From Candidatus Poseidoniales archaeon (GTDB lineage Archaea; Thermoplasmatota; Poseidoniia; Poseidoniales; Poseidoniaceae), in contig JAYQOB010000003.1 in the NCBI GenBank assembly GCA_038144595.1, positions 1,949-65,948 on the forward strand: DNA of 64,000 bases, in the 5' to 3' direction. Shown in pieces: positions 43,316 to 53,800 of the stretch; within the stretch, counting starts at the first letter, position 1; each line of letters starts with the position of its first letter. A program made the translations under genes and the position numbers. The notes under the pieces were generated by a model, which was not told where the DNA came from, ran no database searches, and saw nothing but the letters and a program-made list of their open reading frames with translations.

Positions 43316-44833
43316 TCACTCCTGCCCCGGGGTTACCGTCCCCGCGGGCTTGTCCGTATGGACGTGGAACATACGTTCCTGGTTGACCGACTTGTCTTCG
43401 TCGTTCAGGTAGATGAAGAACACACCCAGCCAGAAGGCCGTGGTGAGCACGGGCACGAGGAAGGGAATGCCAAAGGCGTCCCAAGCCATGCCGCCTGCGG
43501 GCTCGTTTTGAGCCGACATGCCGTCGGGGTTGAAGAGGTACAAGCGGTAGACGAGGGCCAGAACGACCTGAAGCACGGCCAGCGGCAAGAGCATACGCCA
43601 GCCGAATTCGAGGATTTGGTCGGTTCGAATACGTGCAAGGGCAAAGCGGGCCCAAACGAAGACGATGAGGAAGACCAGCCACGACTTGATGAGCGTCACG
43701 ATGGCTCCGGGAATCAGCGGAACGGCCTCGCCAATCACCGGCAGGGAGGCGAGCGTGCCGTGGAAGGGCAAGTGCCAGCCGCCGAGGAAGAAGTGCGTAA
43801 ACAGGAAACAAGCAGCGTAGGTGCGGATGTATTCCGCCATGAACAGCATCCCGAATCGCATACCGCCGTATTCCGTCCACCAGCCTTCGACCAGTTCGGC
43901 CTCAGCTTCGGGCATGTCGAAGGGCACACGCTCGACTTCGGCGATCATGGTCACCAAGAACAGCGCAGCGCCCAAGGGCATCAGGAAGATGTTCCAGGCG
44001 CCTGCGGAGTGCTGGAAGTGAATGCTTTCGATGATGTTGAAGGTGCCCGAGAGGATGGCCACAGAAAGCAAGGTGAGCAAGAGTGGAATTTCGTAAGCGG
44101 TGAGTTGAGCAGCCGAACGAATTCCGCCGATGAGGGTGTACTTGTTGTTGGAGGACCAACCGGCGAAGAACACACCGATGGGCGCAATCCCGAAGATGGC
44201 GATGGCGTAGAGAATGGACAGGTCGGGGTTGGTGGCGTACATGCCGCTGGAAAGCGGAATCATGCCCAAAATCAAGAGCGTGGACGAGACGATGAGGAAC
44301 GGCGAGACCTCGAAGATGAGGCGGTCAGCACGCTGAGGGACCATGTGTTCCTTGACGAGGAACTTCATGCCGTCAGCCACGTTTTGGAAGAAACCGGGCA
44401 CGATGGTCTTGCCCATCCACGAACGGTTGTTGACACGGTCGACGGTGGCGAAGTTTTCGTCGCGGTTGCCGTAATTCTTGTTCAACCACTTGTTGACAGC
44501 CCCGATGGGTTTGCCCAAGCCGAACGGCAGCATGTTCCACCATTCACCGGCCGTGACACCGTTTTCGCCGACCCAAAGGGAGCGAAGGGCCGTGGTTGCA
44601 CCGTAGCGGTCTTGCATAGGGGCCACCGCCTTGCGCTCAATCCACAGAATAGCGAATTGGGAGAAGAAGAGCATCAGGAACACGACGTTGACCACGGCGA
44701 AGGTGGCGATGGCAAACGAGAGGCTCCCGGCGCTCTCTTCGAGCGGCGTGCCTTCCAAAAGACCGATGATGCCGGAACGGAGCAAGCCGTCCTTGCTCAG
44801 AAAGAACCCTACCAAATCGTACTTGTCATCCAT
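43316..44833 (-). CDS. nuoH: NADH-quinone oxidoreductase subunit H with an N-terminal extension and a loop insertion
   Basis: ILWIERKAVAPMQDRYG...PGFFQNVADGMKFLVKEHMVPQRAD...IAEVERVPFDMPEAEAELVEGWWTEYGGMRFGMLFMAEY. 505 aa. Confidence 0.88.
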   Translation of the reverse strand: MDDKYDLVGFFLSKDGLLRSGIIGLLEGTPLEESAGSLSFAIATFAVVNVVFLMLFFSQFAILWIERKAVAPMQDRYGATTALRSLWVGENGVTAGEWWNMLPFGLGKPIGAVNKWLNKNYGNRDENFATVDRVNNRSWMGKTIVPGFFQNVADGMKFLVKEHMVPQRADRLIFEVSPFLIVSSTLLILGMIPLSSGMYATNPDLSILYAIAIFGIAPIGVFFAGWSSNNKYTLIGGIRSAAQLTAYEIPLLLTLLSVAILSGTFNIIESIHFQHSAGAWNIFLMPLGAALFLVTMIAEVERVPFDMPEAEAELVEGWWTEYGGMRFGMLFMAEYIRTYAACFLFTHFFLGGWHLPFHGTLASLPVIGEAVPLIPGAIVTLIKSWLVFLIVFVWARFALARIRTDQILEFGWRMLLPLAVLQVVLALVYRLYLFNPDGMSAQNEPAGGMAWDAFGIPFLVPVLTTAFWLGVFFIYLNDEDKSVNQERMFHVHTDKPAGTVTPGQE

Positions 44834-44842
44834 GATTTCACC

Positions 44843-45982
44843 TCAGCGGTCGGTCTCTCCAATGCAGGGGTCGAAACTGCCCATAATGGCAGGAATGTCG
44901 GCCACCTTGTAGCCAATCATCGTCTTGGCAACGTAAGGAATCGTGATGAACATCGGCGAGCGGATGGACAGACGGTACGGGTTCTTGCCTCGACCGTCGC
45001 CGCCGCCCTGGATGTAGAACTGCGATGCGCCACGGGTGCACTCGTAGTGAGAGAATCCGCTGGCGCCTTCAGGAGCACGGGTGGGAGCCTTGGCCAGAAT
45101 CATCTCGTCGCCGTTGGCGTAGTTGGTGTTCTTGCCGCCTGGGATTTTCTCGATGGCGTCGAGGATCATGCGGCAGGACTGGCGCATCTCTTCCATGCGA
45201 ACACGGTAGCGGTCGTAGCAGTCAGCGCCCTTCACGGAGGTGGGTTTCTCCACGGCAGGTTCCCAGTCGACCTGGTCGTACACCGAGTAGGGGTGAGCCC
45301 AACGCACGTCGTAGTTCACACCGGCGGCGCGGATGTTGGGGCCGGAGACACCGGCGTTGACCATGTCCTCGGCCTTGGCATAGCCGACGCCTTGGAGGCG
45401 AACGAGCCAGATGGTGGACTCGTCGAGCATCATTTCGTACTCGTCGATGCGGTGCTCGAACAGCTTGACCTTGGCGATCAATCGGTCGGCAAAGCCAACG
45501 GGAATGTCGCGCTTCACGCCACCAACACGGGGGTAGTTGTAGTGCATTCGAGAGCCGCCGAGCTCCTGGAGCAGGTCGAGGAACATCTCACGGTCTCGCA
45601 TGCACCAGGTCATGAGCGTCAGGCTGCCGATGTCGGGCCCGTAGGCGCCCAACCACATCAGGTGGGAGGCGAGTCGCTGGCACTCAGCGGCGATGAGACG
45701 GATGTATTCTGCTCGCTCGGGCACTTCGACTTCGAGCAGGTCCTCGGCGGCGTAGATGTAGGAGTTGGCCCAGGTCATGGCGCTCACGTAGCAGAGGCGG
45801 TCGCAGTACGGCGTGATCTGGGTGAAATCTCGAGATTCGGCAATTTTTTCCACACCACGGTGAATGTAGCCAAGTTCGGCTTCGGTATCGACCACCGTTT
45901 CACCGTCGACCTTCACGCGCAGGGTCCACAGACCGTGCGTCATCGGATGTTGGGGGCCCATTGTAATCCACATTTGTGCCAT
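44843..45982 (-). CDS. nuoD: NADH-quinone oxidoreductase subunit D (49-kDa subunit)
   Basis: MGPQHPMTHGLWTLRVKVDGETVVDTEAELGYIHRGVEKIAE...CDRLCYVSAM...GGSRMHYNYPRVGGV... Confidence 0.92.
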   Translation of the reverse strand: MAQMWITMGPQHPMTHGLWTLRVKVDGETVVDTEAELGYIHRGVEKIAESRDFTQITPYCDRLCYVSAMTWANSYIYAAEDLLEVEVPERAEYIRLIAAECQRLASHLMWLGAYGPDIGSLTLMTWCMRDREMFLDLLQELGGSRMHYNYPRVGGVKRDIPVGFADRLIAKVKLFEHRIDEYEMMLDESTIWLVRLQGVGYAKAEDMVNAGVSGPNIRAAGVNYDVRWAHPYSVYDQVDWEPAVEKPTSVKGADCYDRYRVRMEEMRQSCRMILDAIEKIPGGKNTNYANGDEMILAKAPTRAPEGASGFSHYECTRGASQFYIQGGGDGRGKNPYRLSIRSPMFITIPYVAKTMIGYKVADIPAIMGSFDPCIGETDR

Positions 45983-45991
45983 GGTTTCACC

Positions 45992-46645
45992 TCACTTCAC
46001 GCGACCCTCGTCGGTTGGTTTTCGACCGAAGCCCTGAGCGTCGTCGTACATTTCGTTGAAATCGTGGTAGCGGATTTTGTGCTGCTTCTGCAGCGGGTGG
46101 CACCCATCGGGGCTGTCGTGGGGGTTGAGCACGCGGTGCATGTTCTCGTGGCCTTCAAATTGGATACCAACGAGATCCCATGTTTCCTTCTCGTTCCAGT
46201 CTGCACCGACCCAGATGTTCTGAACGCTGGGGACGGTGGGCGTTTCGCCCTGAGGGAGCGCAATGACGACTTCGAGTTCCAGTGGGATGTCCATGCCGGC
46301 GAGTTCCTCAGCCACGTGAACGGTGTTGGTGTGAGGTGCTTGGTCCACAACGGGTTGGCGCATCAAGTGGTAGACGACCTCCCAGCCACGGTCGGCGCCG
46401 CCCTCAGGGTAGTGGGTGCCGGTGACCATTGAACAGTAGTTGACGCCGAGGTCGAAGCGAAGGTGCTTGGCGACGGCCGTCCAGTGCTGGGCGGGGACGT
46501 TGACACGGGTGAACGCCATCTTGTGGGCGTTGGCGTGGTGCTCCACCGAAGCGGCGACATCGGAGCCACCAAAGCGGTCAACAAGGCTGGCAACGGCGTG
46601 TTCGGCCGCGGCGTCGGCTTGAGCGTTGGTGATGCGCATGCCCAT
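45992..46645 (-). CDS. nuoC: NADH-quinone oxidoreductase subunit C (30-kDa subunit)
   Basis: VYHLM...PSVQNIWVGADWNEKETWDLVGIQFEGHENMHRVL. Confidence 0.88.
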   Translation of the reverse strand: MGMRITNAQADAAAEHAVASLVDRFGGSDVAASVEHHANAHKMAFTRVNVPAQHWTAVAKHLRFDLGVNYCSMVTGTHYPEGGADRGWEVVYHLMRQPVVDQAPHTNTVHVAEELAGMDIPLELEVVIALPQGETPTVPSVQNIWVGADWNEKETWDLVGIQFEGHENMHRVLNPHDSPDGCHPLQKQHKIRYHDFNEMYDDAQGFGRKPTDEGRVK

Positions 46646-46647
46646 GG

Positions 46648-47247
46648 TCAGTCCTCCCCGACGATGATGGGTTTGTCGCCCTTGCGGCCGCTGCTGGGAG
46701 CGGCGCCGATGCGGATGATCTTCTCACGAAGCAGGCCAAAGCCGTCAATGAGGGCTTCAGGGCGAGGCGGGCAACCGGGGATGTAGACGTCGACGGGAAT
46801 GACGGTGTCCACCCCTTCGAGAATGTTGTAGGACTGGAAGTACGGGCCACCGGAAATGGCACACTCGCCCATGGCGATGCAGTACTTGGGCTCGGGCATT
46901 TGCTCCCAGAGACGGACGATCTTGTCAGCGAACTTCTTGCTGATGGGGCCGTTCACGAGCAGCACGTCGGACTGACGAGGCGAGGAGCGGAACAGCACAC
47001 CGAAACGGTCGCCGTCAAATCGAGGCGTAGCAGCAGCGGCCATCTCAATGGCGCAGCACTTGATGCCCAAGTGGAGCGTGAACAAGGATTTGCGACCTGC
47101 CCAGTTGAAGTAGCGGCCGGCGAGAACGCTCAGGAACTGCTTGATCTTGGTGGCTTTGAGGGCTTCATCGGTGACATCGCCGACCATCTCAACGAGGGCC
47201 CGGCTGTTGAATGCGGCGTAGTTTTCGTCTTGTCCTGCCATGTTCAA
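46648..47247 (-). CDS. nuoB: NADH-quinone oxidoreductase subunit B (20-kDa/PSST subunit)
   Basis: LGIKCCAIEMAAAATPRFDGDRFGV...SPRQSDVLLVNGPIS...AMGECAISGGPY...VDVYIPGCPPRPEAL. Confidence 0.92.
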   Translation of the reverse strand: MNMAGQDENYAAFNSRALVEMVGDVTDEALKATKIKQFLSVLAGRYFNWAGRKSLFTLHLGIKCCAIEMAAAATPRFDGDRFGVLFRSSPRQSDVLLVNGPISKKFADKIVRLWEQMPEPKYCIAMGECAISGGPYFQSYNILEGVDTVIPVDVYIPGCPPRPEALIDGFGLLREKIIRIGAAPSSGRKGDKPIIVGED

Positions 47248-47252
47248 TCACC

Positions 47253-47732
47253 TCAGATGTAAATGCGGCCTCGCTTGCGGAACACGTACCACACGCCAAG
47301 CGACATGGTAGCGAAGAAGAGGCCGAGAATCGTCAGGGCGTCGGTTGCGCGAGCGACGGCGGCCTCCCGGTCCACGACGTCGGTTGCCGTAGCATCGGAT
47401 GCGACCATACCCCCCAGCACGAGGAACATGAAGGCGACGTCAAACACGAGGAAGATGATGGCGTACCAGTAATACTGGAAGTGGAACTGAATCATGGCCT
47501 CACCCACGGGTTCGCTGCCGCACTCAAAGGTGGTCAAGCGGAGAGGATAGAGGCTGTGGTCTCGCTCGTAGCCCTCGAGGAGGTAGGAGCGAGTGACGTG
47601 GGGTCGAGCCGGGTCAACCTTGGGACGAACGACCCACGTGATGAGGAAATTTGTCAGCGGCATGATGATGCCAACCACGGTCAAGAAACCGATGGAAAGG
47701 TAGGCGCTTGGCACGGATTCAAGTCCCGACAT
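47253..47732 (-). CDS. nuoA: NADH-quinone oxidoreductase subunit A
   Basis: FECGSEPVGEAMIQFHFQYYWYAIIFLVFDVAFMFLV. First gene of the operon, followed upstream by a 159-nt non-coding spacer. Confidence 0.85.
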   Translation of the reverse strand: MSGLESVPSAYLSIGFLTVVGIIMPLTNFLITWVVRPKVDPARPHVTRSYLLEGYERDHSLYPLRLTTFECGSEPVGEAMIQFHFQYYWYAIIFLVFDVAFMFLVLGGMVASDATATDVVDREAAVARATDALTILGLFFATMSLGVWYVFRKRGRIYI

Positions 47733-47891
47733 TGGTTCACCCCCGGAGAACGCATACGCTCTCCGATTTTACCGACTTGAGGCCCCTCCATAAGCGTTGT
47801 CTGTCGCCTCGGTGCAAACGGGGGTCTCAAGCCGTCGCGGACGTGGGCGCAGCCCATCGTTTTCGCCAAGGTTGACGGCGCGTTGTTGCGC

Positions 47892-50783
47892 TCATCTTCG
47901 GCGGCTCAGGACAGCGGCGACGAGCAGCACAACCAGCACGGCTCCTGCCACCTGTGCGACCATGGCGTTGGACAAGCCAAGCACGCCTTCCGGAGCGGCG
48001 CCCATGGCTGCGAATTCGATGTTCTGGCGGTCAAGGACGCCCGTCTCGGTTGGCTCCGCCGACACCGTGAACTTGTACGTGTCATCCATTTCAGCGCCGT
48101 AGGGAGCTCGGACGGTGACCTCCACGAGGAGGGTGTCACTTTCGTCCACGGTGCAGAGCAGGTCGCTGTTTTCCGTGGAGCAGCCGGGGTGGTCACTGTC
48201 GAGCACGACGGACCAACCACGGAGGTTCTCAGAGGCAAAGATGCGAATCTCGCTGCGGATGTTGCCGGTGTTGACCACGCTGATTTCTTGGGTCACAGCG
48301 GGTTGTCCGTAGACGACGTCAAGCTCCTGCCGCTCGCCCGCTTCAACAAATTCGATCTCGTGAATGATGCTCACCTCGAGGGAAATCGTCACCAAACCTG
48401 ACCGGTCGGCTGCGTTGGAAACACTCGTAGCAAGAATCTCCAGAAGGCCACCCTGCCCCGTTTGTGCACCGGGATTGACGCTGATGGTGAGTTCGATGTA
48501 GACCTCAAACGGACGGACCTCGTGGCCTTCCATGAGGTCGTTGTTGAACCTGATGTTGTCCGCTTCGACCTCATCCCTACCCAGAAGCGGTTCTTGGGTG
48601 GCAGCGTCCATCACGAAGGTGCCGTTGGCCAGGGCCCAGATGCCGAAGCCCTTGGGAACGGGGAGTTCACCTGTCACCGGGAGGTTGTACGCCACCATCG
48701 ATCGGGTTGCAATACCTTCGAGGCCCCCGAGGGTGAACACCGCGTCATCGTTGCCGTCGCCGGTGTTGCGAACCCACATGCCGATGGTGTGCTGGCCGCT
48801 GGGCGGCAAGACAACCGAAGCTGAGGTGGCCGTATCGGTGTTCTCGAGACGGAGGTCCATGGAGAAATTTCGGTCGGAAAGGACAGCGAGGAATTCACCC
48901 TGGCGCTGGTTGTCGGGAATGCCGTCGCCATCCCGGTCTTGGGCATTCGGGTCGTCCTTGTTGCGAACACGCACAGTGAGGCGGGTGTTTTCCAATTCCT
49001 CCTCGCCGTCGATGCTCACCACGAGGTACACCGTGGTGGTGGTTTGTGGCTCGATGTCGATTTCCGTAAACGGCATACCGTCCTCGTTCTCAAACGACGT
49101 GCCCCAAGCCGGGCTGGCGGTTTGCGACACCACGGAAAGCCCGATGGTGTCCCGAACGTTGCCTTCGTTGACCAACTCAATGGGGAAGCGAACTTCGGTC
49201 CCCGAGCGGCCCGTTTGGTCCGTCGCCGGCGTCTCAATTTCCATGCCGTGAATGGCCGCCACGGTTACGCGAAGGGTGACCGTGTCGTAGGCCGTACCGC
49301 CGGAGGAGGGGAGGACACTGAACGTCAACTCCACTTCTTCCGTGGCCAGGGCGTTGACGGGGACGCGAACGGTCACCCCAACGTTGGCGGACTTCTCGTT
49401 GCCGTGTCGGGAGCCGACGGACACCGAGGAAGCGTCAAGTTGGACGGCCCAGCCGGTGGGTGCGATGGAGGAAGCGACGCGGAGGTTGTCCTGACCGTTA
49501 CCTTGGTTGGTGATGGTCAGCGTGGTGGACTTGTTGCTGCCGGGCTCGATGTTTGAAAGAATGGAGTTGGCCACGGAAATGCTGGCCCCACGAGACTGAC
49601 CAACGATGATGCGAAGGTCCGCCTGACACTTGATAGGACCGTTGTTCCCGTCTTTTCCAACAATTTGCACGACCGTTTCCGAGCCGGCGGTCACCGAATC
49701 GTCGGGTGAAACGACGAAGTCGAACGCACGCTCACCGTTTCCGTTGTCGTAGGGCAAGAGGCCCGACGAGGCACCGTCGACCTGAACCCAAGCCGACTTG
49801 CTGCCCACTGCAGAGGCCGAGACGGTCCAGTCGGCGTTGCCGTCGTTGGTGTAGGTGGCCGTGATCTTGGTGTCATCGTCGGGGTTCACACTCACGGATG
49901 TCTTGCTGAGTGAGAGGGTGCATTTCTTGAGTAACGGGACGGTCAAATCGAAGTCTTCCGTGTCCTTGGCTTCTTGGGACGGATCGTTGGTCACGGTGCC
50001 GGTCACTTCCCAGCAATACTTGTCGGCCGAGGCACCTTCGGGGACCTCAACCGTGGCGAAGACGATTTCAGACTCCTCCTGATCAACGTTGACTGAGGTT
50101 TCGCTGAGGGTGACGGTGAACGAAGAAGCCGAGCCGCAGCCGGGGCCATTGCCCTCGCTCACAGCGAGGTTGATCGTCTCGTTGGTCTGACCGGTGTTTT
50201 CCACCTCGATGCGATAGTCAAGCTCCTCTTCGCCGTTCCAATCCTTGCTTCGGTCCGATTCGGTGATGATGAGGTCGACACCAAACAGCGCACTCCCAGA
50301 GCCGTCGGCTGCCGTTGTCGTCACGGTGTCGGTGGCGGGTTCTGGAATTTCAGCACCGGGCGCACCGATGACAGCCGTGATGGTGGCGGTGATGGTGGTG
50401 TCGCAAGAGGTGTCGGCTACCACCGTTTGAGCAACGCTGACGTTCATGGCGGCCTCCTCGTAGCTGCCGGCATCGATTTGACCTGGGATTTGTGTGATGG
50501 ATGAGGAAAAACCGTTACAATCCTCTGTAGCTTCTTGAGCTGCAGAAAGTTGAACGGTGACGGGGTCCGAACCCGTGTTCCTGACACGCACCGTGTATTC
50601 ACCTGCCTCACCGGGATTCACCTCAAGGCTACCGGGGATACCTGTCACTGAAATCGAAGCGGCTCGGCCACCGTTTGCGCTCACGGTTGGATTGACCAGC
50701 GGCAAGAGGGCCCCGCACATCACCAAGACGAGGAGGATGGCCGTCCGGCGTGAAGCGGTTACTGCGCTTGCCGTAGGCATCAT
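47892..50783 (-). CDS. large repetitive beta-sandwich (CARDB/NEW3/COG1470-like) surface protein with a signal peptide and C-terminal TM anchor
   Basis: ATG at 50783 in ORF 47892..51005: MMPTASAVTASRRTAILLVLVMCGALLPLVNPTVSANG. At least six repeats show the x-V-x-N-x-G signature (RVRNTGSDPVTVQLS, IEVENTGQTNETINL, TITNQGNGQDNLRV, IELVNEGNVRDTIGL, MWVRNTGDGNDDAVF, ISVVNTGNIRSEIRI). A TSP3-like DRDGDGIPDNQ is present. The C terminus is VAGAVLVVLLVAAVLSRRR. Confidence 0.7.
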   Translation of the reverse strand: MMPTASAVTASRRTAILLVLVMCGALLPLVNPTVSANGGRAASISVTGIPGSLEVNPGEAGEYTVRVRNTGSDPVTVQLSAAQEATEDCNGFSSSITQIPGQIDAGSYEEAAMNVSVAQTVVADTSCDTTITATITAVIGAPGAEIPEPATDTVTTTAADGSGSALFGVDLIITESDRSKDWNGEEELDYRIEVENTGQTNETINLAVSEGNGPGCGSASSFTVTLSETSVNVDQEESEIVFATVEVPEGASADKYCWEVTGTVTNDPSQEAKDTEDFDLTVPLLKKCTLSLSKTSVSVNPDDDTKITATYTNDGNADWTVSASAVGSKSAWVQVDGASSGLLPYDNGNGERAFDFVVSPDDSVTAGSETVVQIVGKDGNNGPIKCQADLRIIVGQSRGASISVANSILSNIEPGSNKSTTLTITNQGNGQDNLRVASSIAPTGWAVQLDASSVSVGSRHGNEKSANVGVTVRVPVNALATEEVELTFSVLPSSGGTAYDTVTLRVTVAAIHGMEIETPATDQTGRSGTEVRFPIELVNEGNVRDTIGLSVVSQTASPAWGTSFENEDGMPFTEIDIEPQTTTTVYLVVSIDGEEELENTRLTVRVRNKDDPNAQDRDGDGIPDNQRQGEFLAVLSDRNFSMDLRLENTDTATSASVVLPPSGQHTIGMWVRNTGDGNDDAVFTLGGLEGIATRSMVAYNLPVTGELPVPKGFGIWALANGTFVMDAATQEPLLGRDEVEADNIRFNNDLMEGHEVRPFEVYIELTISVNPGAQTGQGGLLEILATSVSNAADRSGLVTISLEVSIIHEIEFVEAGERQELDVVYGQPAVTQEISVVNTGNIRSEIRIFASENLRGWSVVLDSDHPGCSTENSDLLCTVDESDTLLVEVTVRAPYGAEMDDTYKFTVSAEPTETGVLDRQNIEFAAMGAAPEGVLGLSNAMVAQVAGAVLVVLLVAAVLSRRR

Positions 50784-50848
50784 GGCTTGCGCTCGGCGTT
50801 CTCCTATCCAAACCCTATGCTCCAGGTGCTTCAGGCTGTGCGGTTGGC

Positions 50849-53800
50849 TCAGGCTTGAACGAAGGACGAGGCGGGCGCCTGGCAGTTGACGCAAGCAGGA
50901 ATGGCTTGAGCGCTGCACCCGTTGAAACCGTCGGCGTGGTACCTCGCTCCGCACGAGGGGCAGCCCACCATCGCCGTGGTGACCGGTTGGCGACAGGTCC
51001 AGCACATCGGGGGAGGCGTGGATTGCACGGCGGGTGCAGGCGTCGTCGCTTGTGGGGCAGGCACGGTGGTCGAAGGAACGGTCATGGCTGGTGAAACGAG
51101 AGCATCGGCCGCAGGTTGAGCAGCGGGTGCCGCACCCGGGAGAGGCATGGGGAGCACGCCTGGCATCGCCTGCGGACCCGATGGTTCGTCCTTGCCTCGA
51201 AGCACCTGCACGCCCAAGAACGCAAAGGCCACGAGCAGGATTGCCCCGAGGAGGGCGATGGCCAACGGCGTGTTCAGGCCGCTCTCGCCCGAGGTTCCGA
51301 CGGGCTCGCCCGTTGACGAAACGGTGAACGCAAACGAAGCGGTGGACGCCGTGCTTTGAGCCAGTTCCAGTGAAATGGAGGCTTCACCGGGTGAGTCCGC
51401 TCGCACGTCGAGGCGAACCAGGACGGATTGGCCGAGGTCCAAGTTCACGATGTCGGTGCCGTCAACGGAAGCGCTCCAAGCAGAGGGTGCATCGACCAGC
51501 AACTGGCGCTGAAGCGGGGTGTTGCCTGTGTTGGTGATCTCCAGCGTGATTTGACGTTCCTGCCCGGTGGTGAACAGCGGAACGGCGCCGAGGTCCCAGG
51601 CAACCTGTTCGTTCACCGCCACCAGCAGGCCCACCGTGGTGGATTGCTCCACGCCTGCATCGTTGAGGACCACGGTAAACGAGGGCTCCGACATGGGCGC
51701 CATCTCACCGTCGATGACAACGTTGCAGACCACAGGGACGACCTCGCCTTTGCCCACGGACGCAACGGGTGTGCAATCGCCGAACAACCCCGAATCCAAT
51801 CGGAGGCTTGCACTCGGGCTCCACTCCGTGTCAGCCCCGTTGCCCAGTAACCAGGTGAACTTGAGGTTCTCTCCCGAAGGATGGGTGCCAGTGCCTTGGG
51901 GGTTGGGGAAGGTGGTGCCGTCTTGGAGTTCCAGGCTCACAAAGGTCAGGGTTGGTTCGGCCAAGGCCTCGACGTTGAGTTCACCCGTCCACGTGAAGCG
52001 GCTTGACCCGTTGTCAAGGTGGAGTTTGATGGTTCCGGAACGGGCGTTGGTCCCCGCTTCAAGGGTGTAGAGGAGGTTTTTGCTCGTGGCCCACGGCAGG
52101 TCAACCACTTCAAGCGCAGTCGCCACCGACCATCCGCCGGGGAGTTCGAACGACGGCGTCAGATCGAGGTCAACGTTGCCTTTGTGTTCAAGCGAGTAGC
52201 GCAGCGTGAGCGATGAGTCTGGACGGAGGGTCCCAAGATTGGATTCAATGTTGACGTAGACCTCTTCCACCGTCATCACTTGAATGGGGATGTCGAACAC
52301 CTTCAGTTCCGCATTTTCCGTTTGACTGACCGCCGTCAACTTGACCACACGCTCGGCGCCGGCCGCCGTCATGACTTGGGGCGGCGTGAACATCAAGCCC
52401 ACCGCACGGAAGGCCTCGCTGTTGATCAGACCCGTTGAACCGGAAGAGGCCCCTGCTTCGCTGCCGAGGTTGGTGAACCCGGCTTGCCATCCAGCTGGAG
52501 CCTCGAGGAACAAGTCGTAGCCGATGGGTGCGTTGCCGTTGTTGTAGAATCGAACCGTGATGTTGGTCGGGTCGGAGGGATGAACCGGCACAACTTGGTA
52601 GTCGAACGCCACATCGGCGTCGGGCAAATCGGGTACGATGAGGTCGAGGTTGAGCGGGTAGTCGACGCCGTTGTCCACGTCCAAGGCCAAGAGGTCAACC
52701 CGGTACGTTCCCGGCGCAGGCGGGTCAGGATGAACGAGGGTGACAATGATGGATTCCGTGGCCTGACCTTCCATGGAGAAATTGGATTCCGTGCTTCCGA
52801 TGTACCACGGCATGGTTTGACCGGACTCGACGTGGAGCACCTCGCCGGTTTGCATGGAGGCGTTGGTGGGAATGAGCGCTGTGTTGGTCAGGGACACGTT
52901 CCAGGACGTCGTCGTGATGGTACTGGAACTCAGCGTTTGGACGGGCGTGGCAGTTTGGAGTTTGACGCCCGGGGCCGTGATGTTGACTTGAACGTCCAAT
53001 CGGTTGTTGTCCTCTCGGATTTCCTCCATGTTGTCATCCGGGTCGATGATGAAGGAAAGGGTGCTTGTCCCGGCGGATTGGGGCGTCCACGGCCACACGA
53101 GCACTTTGGACGACCCTGCGCCGAGTTCAATCGTCTTCCTCGACAGTTCCGTGCCGTCCACCTCAAACGCAATCGGGAAGACCTCGGCTTTGACGTTTCC
53201 AAAGTTGAAAAACGAGGTCGTCAACTGAACCGGATCGTCGACCTGTGGAATCGCCACGTCCATCTGGAAGTCTTCGGGCACCACCTTCGGGTCGGGGCGA
53301 AGGTCGTTCACACCATGACCGAGCACGGCGACGGCGTAGGGCTGTGTCTTACCGCCGCTGTGTTGAGCATCCTTGACCTTCACCGTCCAGGTCCCCTGAG
53401 CGGCGTTATCGATGAGCACGACTTCGAGGTTGTTGACGCTGTCTCGCGTCCCGCCGGTGGCTGACCGGCCGTTGGCGAAGTCGTTGCCGAGGTAGACCGT
53501 ACCGTCCGGTGCCGTGACTTCCAAATCCAAATCGTTCACGAGTTGTGCACTGGAAAACCGAGAACCACGCTCGTCCGACCAGGTCAAGACGGCCTTGAAC
53601 ATCCCCGAAGATTGCGAGACGTTGAACGCATACGACTTGCTGTTGCCCGTACCCGACATCACCGAGCGGTCGTCCACCCAGATGCCTTGACCACCCGGAG
53701 GGGCGAGGCTGTTTCGCAAATTGACGCGCCCCCAGCCTTCGTCGTCGTTGGGGATGTCCCTCGCACCCATGTCCTGAGCGCCAAGCACGAGCAAAGCCTT

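Noticed and set aside
42734-46432. 1232-aa plus-strand ORF, the longest plus-strand ORF in this region of the track
   Set aside because: It is antisense to nuoI, nuoH, nuoD and nuoC, all of which carry unmistakable family motifs. Its translation is low-complexity (G/V/H/R/E-rich) with no motif. Long antisense ORFs are expected in GC-rich DNA.
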